Made by a program: the position numbers and the translations under genes | DNA from: Chitinophagales bacterium | GTDB lineage: Bacteria; Bacteroidota; Bacteroidia; Chitinophagales; LD1 | Length of the DNA stretch: 64,000 nucleotides | Assembly: GCA_025057415.1 (NCBI GenBank) | Contig: JANWXI010000001.1 | Location: 6,415-70,414, forward strand | Direction: 5' to 3' | The notes under the pieces: generated by a model | Told to the model about the DNA's origin: nothing | The model's database searches: none | What the model saw: only the letters and a program-made list of their open reading frames with translations | Part shown: positions 32,698-42,963 of the stretch, piece by piece | Numbering within the stretch: position 1 is the first letter of the stretch | Layout: the number at the start of each line of letters is the position of its first letter

Positions 32698-35277
32698 TCA
32701 TGGGTTTCCTAACCGTTGGAGGGCGTCTTTTGCGGCAGCGATTACCGTGTCATAATCTGCAATGAGTTGCTGGTAAGTGAGGCGCGCGGTTATACTATCT
32801 TCCTTACTCATGTTACTATGTGCCTGTTTCTTTTTGTCATCTATGGCACTGACAAATCTGCGTAATGCGCCTTCGGCCGCCTGTTTTACCCACTCTTTGG
32901 CGATTGCCCCCTCACGCGCAATTGTGTTGATGCCAGTGAGCATTTCATTCTTTTCCATACGGGTCAGAAAATTCGCATAATGATAAAATAAGTAATATTT
33001 CCGTATGGGTTTTGCCATTACAATTTGATCTTCAAAGTATTGCTGTTTTTCTTTGCCAGCTTCCCGGCTGTAAACATCGGCTACAGCATTACTGATTTGC
33101 AGGTTTTCATCTTTTTCGAAACGCTCTGCGTAAAGCAATGCCCTGGCCGGTTCGGCTTTTGCCAGCGCCTTGAGCGCCTCTGCCGCCACCTGATAGGAAC
33201 TATCGCCAAGCGCTTGTTCAAAAACATCGGTGTAGCGACCCGTAAGCGCAAACTTGCTCAGTTTAGTGACGGCTACAGCCCTCACCGCACTTTTGGGGTC
33301 GCGCAGAGCCAGCTCCCGGATGACCTGAAGCAGCGTGTCGTTGTTGTCTTTGGAGATATGAATTTTCTCTACTGCCATTTCGCGATATTTGAAAAAAGGA
33401 GCATGCAGTAATCGCGCGATGGCATCCCGGGCGGCACGGTTGGATTTTTGCAGCATTGAGAGGGTATCGATCGCCTCGGCTTTTGCTTTGTAAGTTCCCC
33501 GCTCTAACTGCACGATATATTGCTGGGGTGTTTTGTTTTCGGTGCGTTCGCACAAAACTACCCGGCCTGGGTCAACGTCAACAAGTGATACAGTACCGCT
33601 CACCGGAAACGAGAACGTTTGTTCGGGTTTGTGCAGTACAACTTCATGCAGTTGCATGCCAGTATCAGAGTATATCGCTATTTGTAAGGGTAAGCGATAA
33701 ACCAGTTTTTCTTCAACACTGTTCTTTTGAGCTATGTTTACGTATGCGCTGTCAGTGGTGATACGATAACGTATATCCAGCACCGGATGCCCTTTGGCAA
33801 AAAACCATTGGTTGAAAAACCAATTCAAATCTTCGCCTGTTACTTCTTCAAACGCCAGGCGCAGGTGGTGAATTTCTACGGCTTTGAAACTGTTATTGCG
33901 CAGGTAAAGCTCTAAAGACCTGAAAAAAGCATCATCGCCTACAATGTGCCGCAGGTAATGCAACAGAAGCCCGCCTTTTTCGTAGCTGTGACGGTCAAAC
34001 ATATCTTCTTTCTCATCGTAGTAAAAACGTATCAGGTCAACATTTTTGCCTTGTTGGGTTTCAAACAGGTAATCGTAGTACTGCTGATGCTGTTTGTAAT
34101 CGGCATACTCGCGCCCGTACTTGTATTCATTCCACAGGTACTCACCATAAGTGGCAAAACTCTCATTGAGCGGCAGGTTGCTCCAGCTCTCGCAGGTCAC
34201 TAAATTACCAAACCACTGGTGAAACAGTTCGTGTGCTATGATGTCTTCGTTTGTTTCATCCAGCAATTCGCGGCTGTTGCGTTGCAAAAACTCTCCGTGA
34301 ACGGTAGCGGATGTGTTTTCCATCGCACCGCTTACATAGTCGCGTACGACAATTTGCGCATATTTGGCCCAGGGGTAATCTACCCCCAGTTTTTGCGAGA
34401 AAAACTCCATCATTTCGGGTGTATTCCCGAAGATTTGCCTGGCGTAAGGAGCGTATCTGCGCTCGGTGTAATAGGTAACGTCTAAATCGCGCCACCTGTC
34501 GCGGTAAACAGCGTAGTCGCCTACCGCCATCATCACTAAATAAGGGGCGTGTGGTAAACTCATACGCCAGTAATCGGTTACAGTACCATCGGCATTTTCT
34601 TTAGACCACACCAAAATACCATTGGAGAGAGAAATAAATTTTTTATTGCGGGTGATGAAGATCTCCTGGGTGGTTTTCTGATTGGGTTTATCAAGAGTGG
34701 GAAACCAACAGGAGTTGTGTTCGGTTTCTCCCTGGGTCCAGATTTGGATGGGTTTGGTAGTATCGGTACCCAGCGGATTGATGAAAAACAGCCCTTTGTC
34801 GGAACCGATGGCGGCACTACCGCCCGTTTTGCGCTCTTCAGGTTTGGCTGTGTAGTCAATAAAAACTTTCAACTCCTGCGTGCGGTGGTAAGCTACAGGC
34901 AGTTGTATGGAAATCTGCAGTGAGTCGTAGGTATAGCGAAGGGGTTGTTTTGAACCATCGGGCAGCATCAGACTCACCTCGTGCAGGTCAAAATTTTTTG
35001 CGTCCAGTTCCAGTACCGATTGCGGATAAAAGTGCGGCCGTAACGTAAGCGTGGCTTTGCCGTGTAAACGTTGTTTTTCATAATCAAAACGAACTTCCAG
35101 CCGTGTGTGTATCAAATCAAATTTTTTGGTGGCGCTGGCTCTGTAAGGATTTTCGCTAGGAACCGTTATTTCTACGGGTTTCAGATATATGGTTTGCGAC
35201 TTGCCCGCATCGCGGCTTGTGCGACACGAAAACAACATTATTACCAGCAGCGGCAGTAACAAATGAAAGTTTTTCAT
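32698..35277 (-). CDS. M1 family aminopeptidase (lipoprotein) with C-terminal HEAT repeats
   Basis: GAMEN, HELFHQW...NESFA (HExxH-x18-E), YEKG; lipobox LFSC. Confidence 0.92.
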   Translation of the reverse strand: MKNFHLLLPLLVIMLFSCRTSRDAGKSQTIYLKPVEITVPSENPYRASATKKFDLIHTRLEVRFDYEKQRLHGKATLTLRPHFYPQSVLELDAKNFDLHEVSLMLPDGSKQPLRYTYDSLQISIQLPVAYHRTQELKVFIDYTAKPEERKTGGSAAIGSDKGLFFINPLGTDTTKPIQIWTQGETEHNSCWFPTLDKPNQKTTQEIFITRNKKFISLSNGILVWSKENADGTVTDYWRMSLPHAPYLVMMAVGDYAVYRDRWRDLDVTYYTERRYAPYARQIFGNTPEMMEFFSQKLGVDYPWAKYAQIVVRDYVSGAMENTSATVHGEFLQRNSRELLDETNEDIIAHELFHQWFGNLVTCESWSNLPLNESFATYGEYLWNEYKYGREYADYKQHQQYYDYLFETQQGKNVDLIRFYYDEKEDMFDRHSYEKGGLLLHYLRHIVGDDAFFRSLELYLRNNSFKAVEIHHLRLAFEEVTGEDLNWFFNQWFFAKGHPVLDIRYRITTDSAYVNIAQKNSVEEKLVYRLPLQIAIYSDTGMQLHEVVLHKPEQTFSFPVSGTVSLVDVDPGRVVLCERTENKTPQQYIVQLERGTYKAKAEAIDTLSMLQKSNRAARDAIARLLHAPFFKYREMAVEKIHISKDNNDTLLQVIRELALRDPKSAVRAVAVTKLSKFALTGRYTDVFEQALGDSSYQVAAEALKALAKAEPARALLYAERFEKDENLQISNAVADVYSREAGKEKQQYFEDQIVMAKPIRKYYLFYHYANFLTRMEKNEMLTGINTIAREGAIAKEWVKQAAEGALRRFVSAIDDKKKQAHSNMSKEDSITARLTYQQLIADYDTVIAAAKDALQRLGNP

Positions 35278-35447
35278 GGGATAAGAGGGAACCGAAAAAT
35301 ATCGGTAGTGCCAGCAAATAAAAGGCATTTTCTGAATTAAATTTATTTTTTATATTTTCTGAAACAGACATCACTTGGCGCAGGAGTTATATGACCATTT
35401 GGTTAAGGTAATTACCCCAGGTTAAATGATTCCTCCGCGGGTCAGTA

Positions 35448-36446
35448 TTATAAGGAGTTTTTTTGCCACTGGCGTATAGCCACCTCTTCTTTTATAAGCT
35501 CTAGAGCGTGTATCACCATATCGGTGAAGGTCTGTTGTAGTTTTTTGTCTTCCTCAGGTATCAACACGGCTTCTATGGCGGCATCGGTTACGCGCTCTAT
35601 TATCAGACGGCTTTCATCGGTAGCCATACGCTCAAAGATTTGATGAATGGTCTGAAACGTGATGTCATAAACAGATTGCTGCAGCGCTTCGCTTGCGGCG
35701 GGGCCGATGAGGGGGATTTGCTCCAAGGTGCGGATGTTCGGATTTTGCCGGATGGCTTTAGTGACGGAGACGCGGATGGTGTTGCGCAGTTCATCGGTGT
35801 GTTTCAGGTATTGGTCGCGGGTGATGCGCTGTAAGCGGTGTGCCATAAAATTTACCAGCACATCTTTGCGGGGTAATACCACCTCGCGGAGGATTTTGCC
35901 TGTAACGGGGATACCTCCTTTGACCTCCTCTTGTACGCCGCTCAGTACGTTTATGACTACGCGGTCGGTTACCTCTTCGGCCAGAATGTTGATGTATTTT
36001 GAAAAAACTTTGTATATATACCAGTTCCGGATTTGAATGATGCCCAAACGCTGCAGACGTATCAGGATAGCCACGATGCGGATAACCCTTAGGATGCGGA
36101 ACGAACCTAACGGGATGCAACCCAATACATCATACCAATGAGCGAAAGGGTAAAAGAACCACCGGGCATACGAGCGGTTGTAAACGGCTACAGCCCAGCG
36201 CAGGAGTAATTCGGATACGAAAACCGCTACAAAACACAAATCAATGTATGCAAAATGATCATACACCGGTAAATAGGTTTTGTACAATAGTGGCAGGTGT
36301 TTTTGGAGCAGGTTTCTGACCGAGTCGGTCTCAAAGTTAATCTGCACAGCCAGTAAAATGAGGTTAGCAACAGCCAACACGACCATGGCAATATCTAATG
36401 CAAGAAAAAACCTGTCTATTGCCTTATTGTATTTCTCTTCGTTCAT
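35448..36446 (-). CDS. Ion-transport-domain (voltage-sensor-like S1-S4) membrane protein without a pore
   Basis: S2 FVAVFVSELLLRW, S3 WYDVLGCIP, S4 FRILRVIRIVAILIRLQR; helical C-terminus and no selectivity filter. Confidence 0.7.
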   Translation of the reverse strand: MNEEKYNKAIDRFFLALDIAMVVLAVANLILLAVQINFETDSVRNLLQKHLPLLYKTYLPVYDHFAYIDLCFVAVFVSELLLRWAVAVYNRSYARWFFYPFAHWYDVLGCIPLGSFRILRVIRIVAILIRLQRLGIIQIRNWYIYKVFSKYINILAEEVTDRVVINVLSGVQEEVKGGIPVTGKILREVVLPRKDVLVNFMAHRLQRITRDQYLKHTDELRNTIRVSVTKAIRQNPNIRTLEQIPLIGPAASEALQQSVYDITFQTIHQIFERMATDESRLIIERVTDAAIEAVLIPEEDKKLQQTFTDMVIHALELIKEEVAIRQWQKNSL

Positions 36447-36599
36447 GGTGGAATTAGCAATACAAACAAAACAATTTTCGGTTAGGTTGATTGGTTTAGC
36501 CCCGCAATCCGGCTACCGGACAGGGCTACGCGGCGGAATAAAAGACCGTAATGGCGAGCATATACGGTCGCGTATGCCTTTACGCTTACAGAACCTGAT

Positions 36600-36628
36600 A
36601 AAAAAGCACGCGAAATATTCGCGTGCTT
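36600..36628 (-). terminator. Intrinsic terminator downstream of the split gene
   Basis: Stem AAGCACGCGAA-ATA-TTCGCGTGCTT with an adjacent A run (T run on -). Confidence 0.75.
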
Positions 36629-36671
36629 AATGTTTCCCGGCAAGAGTTTTGCTTGCGATGTACCGAAAGCG

Positions 36672-38168
36672 CTAGTCCGTAACCGTTAGCCGGCCATAGT
36701 GGTACTTTTTGTTGTTTTTGGCGGATACGATTAACTTATCGTCAATTTTAAAAATGTAATTATAAATCATATCCGCTTCGCTGCTGTTCATGCTATGGCT
36801 ATTGTTGTAGATTAATTTACCTTTATTATCCAGGATGGCAATCATGATGTTGTTTCCGTCCGTATCATCGCTGCGGTAAGCAAGCAGCGTTTTGTTTGAA
36901 TTTAGCGTGTATAAGTTCGAGTTTCGGCCCGAGCTTCCGCTTCGGTATTTGTTCTGAATGCGCGTTTGAAAGAGTTGGTTGCCGGAACTGTCGAATCGGG
37001 TGATAAACTTGTCATTATAATGGTAAATGTAGTCTGTATGGATCTTGTTGCCCATATTGTACGTACGGACTTCTAAAAAATACTGGTCAAATATCAACGT
37101 AATAGTCCCGTCATCCGAAAAGTTCCAATCGCTCAGTTGAAGGCTATGAATCTCATTGTTTTTATCGTCTTTACTTTGTTTTTGGGAGGGGACGTTCATT
37201 TCGGGCCCAAAGGGGTAAGTTTTAATCATCTCGGTTTTCTGCTTCTCGGTGTTAAACTTTAATATAAAAGAACCATTAGCCCGTTCTTTTTTATTGGAAG
37301 TAAGAGTATAAACGCCTGCCAGGCAAAGAATGTTGTCGTTATACTTGTATTCGCATAAATCTAGTATCTCTTTATCGCTATCCAGGGTGAGTTTTATCTC
37401 TTTTGTCTCGTTCGGAGAAACGAAGTTCAGTGCATAGCGGTATTTTAAGGCACTTCCATCGTCTGATGATCCATAAATTTTGCAAAGCAGATAAACATTG
37501 CCGTTGTTGCTTACATCAATGCGGTTAAGTAGTACTTTTCTGTCTTTGTAGGGTAGTGTAACTTTCTTACTCCAAAGGGTTTTAAAATTTTCATCGGTTA
37601 CCAAAACAAAATAATTTTCCGTAGAGCGATTGGTGATACCGGTAGAGCTAACGAAAGATATTCGCGTACCGTTTTGGCTATTATCTATATGACCTAAATC
37701 GGAATCAAAGGATGTAAATACAGTGCTAAATGTGGGGATGTTGTAATCATGCTTGACAAATAATTTGGGTTGGCCGATAAATTTCCCATTCTTGGTGTCG
37801 AATTCCCAATAATAAAAACATCTTTTATCTTCAGATTTTATGTAACGACTCAAAATCAGGTATGTGCGTTTATCCGTGTCAAATGAGTTTTAAGCAGTTA
37901 GTTCTTCGCCATCGGCCCTTGGATCCAGTTCGGTTTCAGAAACCATGTTACAATTCCAGTCAAACTTCTGAAGTGTGTATTCTTTCTTCACTTTGTTTAA
38001 CATAAAAAAATGTGTGGCATTGTGGCCCATGAAAAATTTGGAAGACAGATACTGCGCAAAAAGCCCCCCGCCTTCTGTTTTGTACGTAGGACCCCACTTG
38101 ATGTTGACCTCTTGCGATACGGCCTGCAAGGCAACAAAAAATAACGGGAAGAGGATGTGACTTTTCAT
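36672..38168 (-). pseudogene. Secreted beta-rich protein interrupted by one in-frame TAA at 37890-37892
   Basis: ORFs 37890..38168 and 36672..37853 are in the same frame and read ...GEELTA*NSFDTDKRTYLILSRYIK...; joined length about 498 aa with a signal peptide; AT-rich. Confidence 0.8.
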
Positions 38169-38377
38169 AACTTAAATTTTTAATCTGTTTTAAAAATGCG
38201 TTGGCAATATTATTAAAATTACTAATTCAGAGCTGACTTAATATGTTAAAATATTCACAGAATTATGGGCGGGGTTTGCCCGGATTACACGAGAGGTCAT
38301 TCATGTAAATCATGTGAAAAAATAAGTATCAGACAATAAATTTTAATCATTACCTTTGAAGCTCAACCCCCCTGGCT

Positions 38378-40705
38378 ATGAAAAATCTCTACTTCTTCCT
38401 GGCATTGGCGCCGCTGTTTGTTTTTGCCGGCCATGAAACCGATAACCCGTATCGCGAGTTTTTTGAAGCGGCTTATCGGGAGTATCCCTCGGTGCCGCGC
38501 GGTATTTTAGAAGCGGTTGCTTTTAATGCTACTCGCATGCACCACATTCTGCCCGAAGAACAGAGTGAAAGTTGCATAGGGCTTCCCAAAGTTTATGGTG
38601 TGATGGGACTTACGCTTGACGGCAAAGGATACTTTCATAATAACCTGGTAAGCGTTTCGGAGCTCTCCGGTTTCTCTGCAGATAAAATTATTGATGACCC
38701 CGCTACATGCATTATGGCGTATGCAAAAGCATACTCAATGATACAAAAGCAAAAAAACATCAATACCACAGATATTGCTGCACAAATTCCCGTACTTACT
38801 GAACTCAGCGAGCTACCCGATTTAGGCGATTTACACACAAACTTTGCCCTGCAGTCGCATTTGTACTCCGTACTGAAAATAATGGATGATGATGCTTTGC
38901 GGGTTAGGTTTAACATACCTAAGCATAAGATTGATTTTTCTGCAATTTTCGGTGAGAATAATCTGCGAATTCTCTCTGCCCCTTACCTGATTGTAACCGA
39001 AAATGAAATCCGCACCCGGGACGGCAGCACATTTTTTGTCCCGAAACCTATAGAGGGCGACAGCCGTTCCGCTGATTACGGACCGGCCCTATGGAATCCG
39101 GCGGCATCTTGTAACTATGGCACCGGGCGTAGCGCTACCATTTCATCCGTAGCCATACACACGGTTGAAGGAAGTTATGCAGGGTGTATCTCCTGGTTTA
39201 AAAATTGCAATGCAGGGGTATCGGCTCATTACGTGGTGCGGTCTTCCGATGGGCAAATCACCCAGATGGTGTTGGAATCAAATACAGCTTATCACGTGGC
39301 AGGGCACAACAGCTATACCATCGGTATTGAGCACGAAGGATACGTAAATCAATCGGGCTGGTACACTACCGCGCTGTACAATGCATCCGCCAACCTAGTA
39401 AAAGACATATGTAGTGATTACAGTATCGATCCTGCCACCTGTTACAACGGCGCATCCTGTGCCTGCCAGCAAACTCTCTCTACTTCCATTAAGATTAAAG
39501 GGCACCAACACTACGCTATTACCAATGGCAAAACCGACCCCGGTCAATACTGGAACTGGTCAACCTTTTACAACTTAGTGAATAACATTAGCGCTTGTGG
39601 TACCCCCTCAGGGCTATCCGCCTCGGGTGTAACATCCTCATCGGCTACTCTCAACTGGTCATCGGTAAGCGGAGCCGTCAGTTACAACATCCAATATAAA
39701 ACCACCACTTCAACTACTTGGATTACCACCACCTCTACTACCAATACCAAAACTATCAGCGGATTGAGCCACTCCACTACGTATCAATTTAAAGTACAGG
39801 CGGTGTGCTCCGGTAACACAGGCGCCTACTCTGCCGAAGCAATCTTTACTACAGCGGCACCACCCCCCACAACCATACAGGTGGGCAGTGGCACCAGTCC
39901 GTACTCTGCACATCCTTTCAGTACCGTGTGGATGGATGAGCGCACGCAGTACATCATCACCAAAAGCGAACTGCAAGCCGCCGGCTGGAACCCTTCACAA
40001 CCATACCTGAAATCGTTGGCAATTAACATTACCACCGCCTCTACGCAAACCATGAACGGTTTCACGGTTACTATAGCCCACACCTCCGCTACCAATTTCA
40101 ATAACAGCACATCTTTCATCACCGGCAGCAATACCACCACTGTTTACTCAGGTACTTTTACAGCAGCTACAGGTTGGCGCACCATACAATTCAGCACCCC
40201 CTTCTATTACAACGGTACCAGCAATTTGCTCATCAACATTTGTTTCAACAACAGTACCTACACCACTAATTCTGCCGTGCAGGCCTTCAGCTATCCCGAT
40301 AATGTTGCGCTTTACCACCGGGCCGATTTGGCAAGTGGCAGCGTTTGCAATATAACTACCGGCACCCAGAGTTATTATCGCCCTAACTTTCGTCTTACTT
40401 TTCACACCACCGCCAATAAAACCGATGAAACTGATATGCCTGAGAGTGAATTAACAGAATGGAACGTTTACCCTAACCCTATGGGGAACACCGTATCGCT
40501 TAGCGGTTCATTAACGCACGATACGCATATACGCGTCCGCTTTAATGATTTATCGGGTCGCATCATTACAGAAAGGCGCTTGTATGCTCCTGCCGGAAAT
40601 TTCAACAGCGAAATGGATGTAAGTGTACTGCCGGTTGGCGCCTACATCATTACAGTTGGCAACGAAAACCGACTTCTGTACAAAAAGTTAGTACTGAAAA
40701 ATTAA
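38378..40705 (+). CDS. N-acetylmuramoyl-L-alanine amidase (Amidase_2) with FN3 domain and T9SS type A CTD
   Basis: AIHTVEG, SAHYVV, GIEHEG, KGHQH, TDPG..WNW; FN3 W.SVSGA.SY; YPNP...GAYII..KKLVL. Promoter-like TACCTTTG at 38351-38358. Confidence 0.9.
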   Translation: MKNLYFFLALAPLFVFAGHETDNPYREFFEAAYREYPSVPRGILEAVAFNATRMHHILPEEQSESCIGLPKVYGVMGLTLDGKGYFHNNLVSVSELSGFSADKIIDDPATCIMAYAKAYSMIQKQKNINTTDIAAQIPVLTELSELPDLGDLHTNFALQSHLYSVLKIMDDDALRVRFNIPKHKIDFSAIFGENNLRILSAPYLIVTENEIRTRDGSTFFVPKPIEGDSRSADYGPALWNPAASCNYGTGRSATISSVAIHTVEGSYAGCISWFKNCNAGVSAHYVVRSSDGQITQMVLESNTAYHVAGHNSYTIGIEHEGYVNQSGWYTTALYNASANLVKDICSDYSIDPATCYNGASCACQQTLSTSIKIKGHQHYAITNGKTDPGQYWNWSTFYNLVNNISACGTPSGLSASGVTSSSATLNWSSVSGAVSYNIQYKTTTSTTWITTTSTTNTKTISGLSHSTTYQFKVQAVCSGNTGAYSAEAIFTTAAPPPTTIQVGSGTSPYSAHPFSTVWMDERTQYIITKSELQAAGWNPSQPYLKSLAINITTASTQTMNGFTVTIAHTSATNFNNSTSFITGSNTTTVYSGTFTAATGWRTIQFSTPFYYNGTSNLLINICFNNSTYTTNSAVQAFSYPDNVALYHRADLASGSVCNITTGTQSYYRPNFRLTFHTTANKTDETDMPESELTEWNVYPNPMGNTVSLSGSLTHDTHIRVRFNDLSGRIITERRLYAPAGNFNSEMDVSVLPVGAYIITVGNENRLLYKKLVLKN

Positions 40706-40710
40706 ATGCT

Positions 40711-40738
40711 AAACGCGCCGCAATCACGGCGCGTTTTT
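40711..40738. terminator. Probable bidirectional terminator between the amidase and tRNA-Gly
   Basis: AAACGCGCCG-CAATCA-CGGCGCGTTT followed by Ts. Confidence 0.75.
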
Positions 40739-40745
40739 ATTTCAG

Positions 40746-40818
40746 AGCGGCAGACGGGTCTCGAACCCGCAACCTTTAGCTTGGGAAGCTAAAGCTCTAC
40801 CTATTGAGCTACTGCCGC
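40746..40818 (-). tRNA. tRNA-Gly(CCC)
   Basis: GCGGCAG TA GCTC AATAGGTA GAGC T TTAGC TTCCCAA GCTAA AGGTT GCGGG TTCGAGA CCCGT CTGCCGC T; CCA not encoded. Confidence 0.95.
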
Positions 40819-40912
40819 AAAAGAGCGTGTGGTAAAAGTAAGCAAAGCTCCCGATGTATGCAACCACCGCGACACAAACCTTTTCCCGGCATGGTTCACA
40901 GATAATTGCATG

Positions 40913-41563
40913 CTATTCATTTTCAAAAAAGGGCTTCAGTAATTTTATCTCGTTGCGATACAATAAAAGCAAACCGTTGTTTTCAAATTGTTTCAGGATA
41001 CGCGACACCACTACCCGTGTGGTAGCCAGCTCGTCTGCAATTTTGTGGTGCGAAACTTTTATGACAGTGCTTCCCGTACGTTCGCTTTTCGAGCGCAGAT
41101 ATTCGCGGATGCGTTTATCCATGTTGCCAAATGCCATGATGTCAACTGAGTGTAGCAACTCTAAAAAACGATCGTTAAAACTATTGAAGATGTAATTTCG
41201 CCAGGATGTGTATTGGCAAAGCCAGTCGTTTAGTTTCACATAGGGAACTGCAATCAGAGTACCGTCTTCTTCTGCCACAGCTTTCACTTCGCTTTTTTTG
41301 GCAGTCATACAACAACCATACGCCATACTGCAGCTTTCGCTGTCTGACAAGTAGTACAGCAGAATTTCTTTTCCGTTTTCATCCTGGCGCATCACCTTCA
41401 CCGTTCCTTTCAGAATAATCGGCATGGAACGAACGTACTTCCCGTAGTCCATGATGACATCACCTGCATGAAAATGGATCAGGTCGCCATACTGAAATAA
41501 CTCCTTGACCAGTTCAGGTTCCAGTATCGTTTGTAATTTTGAAATGTGTGCTTCCTCTATCAT
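40913..41563 (-). CDS. Crp/Fnr family transcriptional regulator
   Basis: cNMP-binding fold (G..KV...DENGKEILLY) and HTH SHHKIADELATTRVVVSRILK. Confidence 0.92.
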   Translation of the reverse strand: MIEEAHISKLQTILEPELVKELFQYGDLIHFHAGDVIMDYGKYVRSMPIILKGTVKVMRQDENGKEILLYYLSDSESCSMAYGCCMTAKKSEVKAVAEEDGTLIAVPYVKLNDWLCQYTSWRNYIFNSFNDRFLELLHSVDIMAFGNMDKRIREYLRSKSERTGSTVIKVSHHKIADELATTRVVVSRILKQFENNGLLLLYRNEIKLLKPFFENE

Positions 41564-41841
41564 TTAACACAAACAGTATATGGGCAAATGATTCACACGC
41601 TCAAAGATAGTAATTCCACTCACCAAAAAGATAGAATTGGCATTATTCATTGACTTGTTATGTTAAAGAGATAAACCTTTCAGCAAAAAATAGTGCGAAA
41701 CAGCAACACGCAATACATTCAATCTGCCCGATTTACCTTGGGCCCTCATTTTCTTCATCAAAACACAATAATATACTTCCACATAAATCGTTAATATATT
41801 AAAACAGGAAAATGTGAAACGATTACATTAAAGCTAACATA

Positions 41842-42741
41842 ATGTTACTCCGTGCAACGCTTTTATGCGGTTTACTATGTTTATGCGGTCAAATTTATGC
41901 TGGTAATACCGCTGTCGCATTACACGAAGCCGTGCAGAGAGGCCTTGTAAGGGCACAAATTAAAGGTGCACTTCCCGACACTACATACACGGGAGAATAC
42001 TCGTCTAACTATGGGCCATGCTTAGCCATGCATCTCAGCAACACTAGTTCCGGGCGAATTGCCATAAACTTGAAACATGGATATGTACTCGTTCCTGACG
42101 ATACCAACGTACAAAACATGATGGTGACAAAAGATATTACATTCACTCTCGAGGCAAATCAATATAAGCGTTTCCGTATATTTGCTATGTGCGTTGAGGC
42201 AAGCAATGCCGCACCTCAAGAAAAATCCTTATTTAAACTCGGGAAGCGCGCTGAGGGTAATTTGCTGGCAATAGCTGAATACATTAACCGAAAGAACTAT
42301 CAAAACCGTGCCGCGCAGCAGGCGGTGTGGTGTATTACTGATAGTAAACCGTTGTCCGCAATCAGTTGTAGTGACACGGCAGTCATGAATGACCTACGCA
42401 GGTATGTAGCGAGTTTATTAAAAATTCCCGTGGAACAAGCTATGAACCCGTTTTCCCATCACAGCAGCGCTCAACTGCATTTCAGACAGGTAATATTCAC
42501 CGGATCTATCGGGTATAGTTTACCCAGCCCGAAAAAAGTAATGATTGCATTGTTTGATGAACAAAACCGCATGAAGGTTGTGTATGTAAATGAAATGCAA
42601 CGCCCCGGTGAATATACATACCAATACAAGATAAACAGCAGCGATTTGAGTGGCAAAAAGCATTACCTGCGAGCTTATCACGATGGTGTGCCGGTACGCG
42701 AAATAACGCTGAATGATACCGTTAGGAATTCATCTCAATAA
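41842..42741 (+). CDS. Secreted hypothetical protein, possible thioester-domain-like core plus C-terminal Ig-like domain
   Basis: Signal peptide; AMCVEASNAAP and AQQAVW motifs. Confidence 0.65.
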   Translation: MLLRATLLCGLLCLCGQIYAGNTAVALHEAVQRGLVRAQIKGALPDTTYTGEYSSNYGPCLAMHLSNTSSGRIAINLKHGYVLVPDDTNVQNMMVTKDITFTLEANQYKRFRIFAMCVEASNAAPQEKSLFKLGKRAEGNLLAIAEYINRKNYQNRAAQQAVWCITDSKPLSAISCSDTAVMNDLRRYVASLLKIPVEQAMNPFSHHSSAQLHFRQVIFTGSIGYSLPSPKKVMIALFDEQNRMKVVYVNEMQRPGEYTYQYKINSSDLSGKKHYLRAYHDGVPVREITLNDTVRNSSQ

Positions 42742-42963
42742 CAATTGCCACAGGTTTACTGTTTTTTACTTCATCAGATACAGATTGTGAATTCTCTGAG
42801 AGTAGTTTAACTGTGTTAAGGTGGCTCATCTTATTCTTTTTCAGTAATATAAGGATAATACAAAACGATTCTCTCTAATAATCGTTTATATAAATAATAA
42901 GGTATTTTTTTATTTAAAAAATAATACTGTAAGTTTGTGTGATGTAAGCTCCAAATAAATAAC

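Noticed and set aside
40746..40818. All three tRNAs lack an encoded CCA
   Set aside because: Ordinary in lineages that rely on the CCA-adding enzyme.
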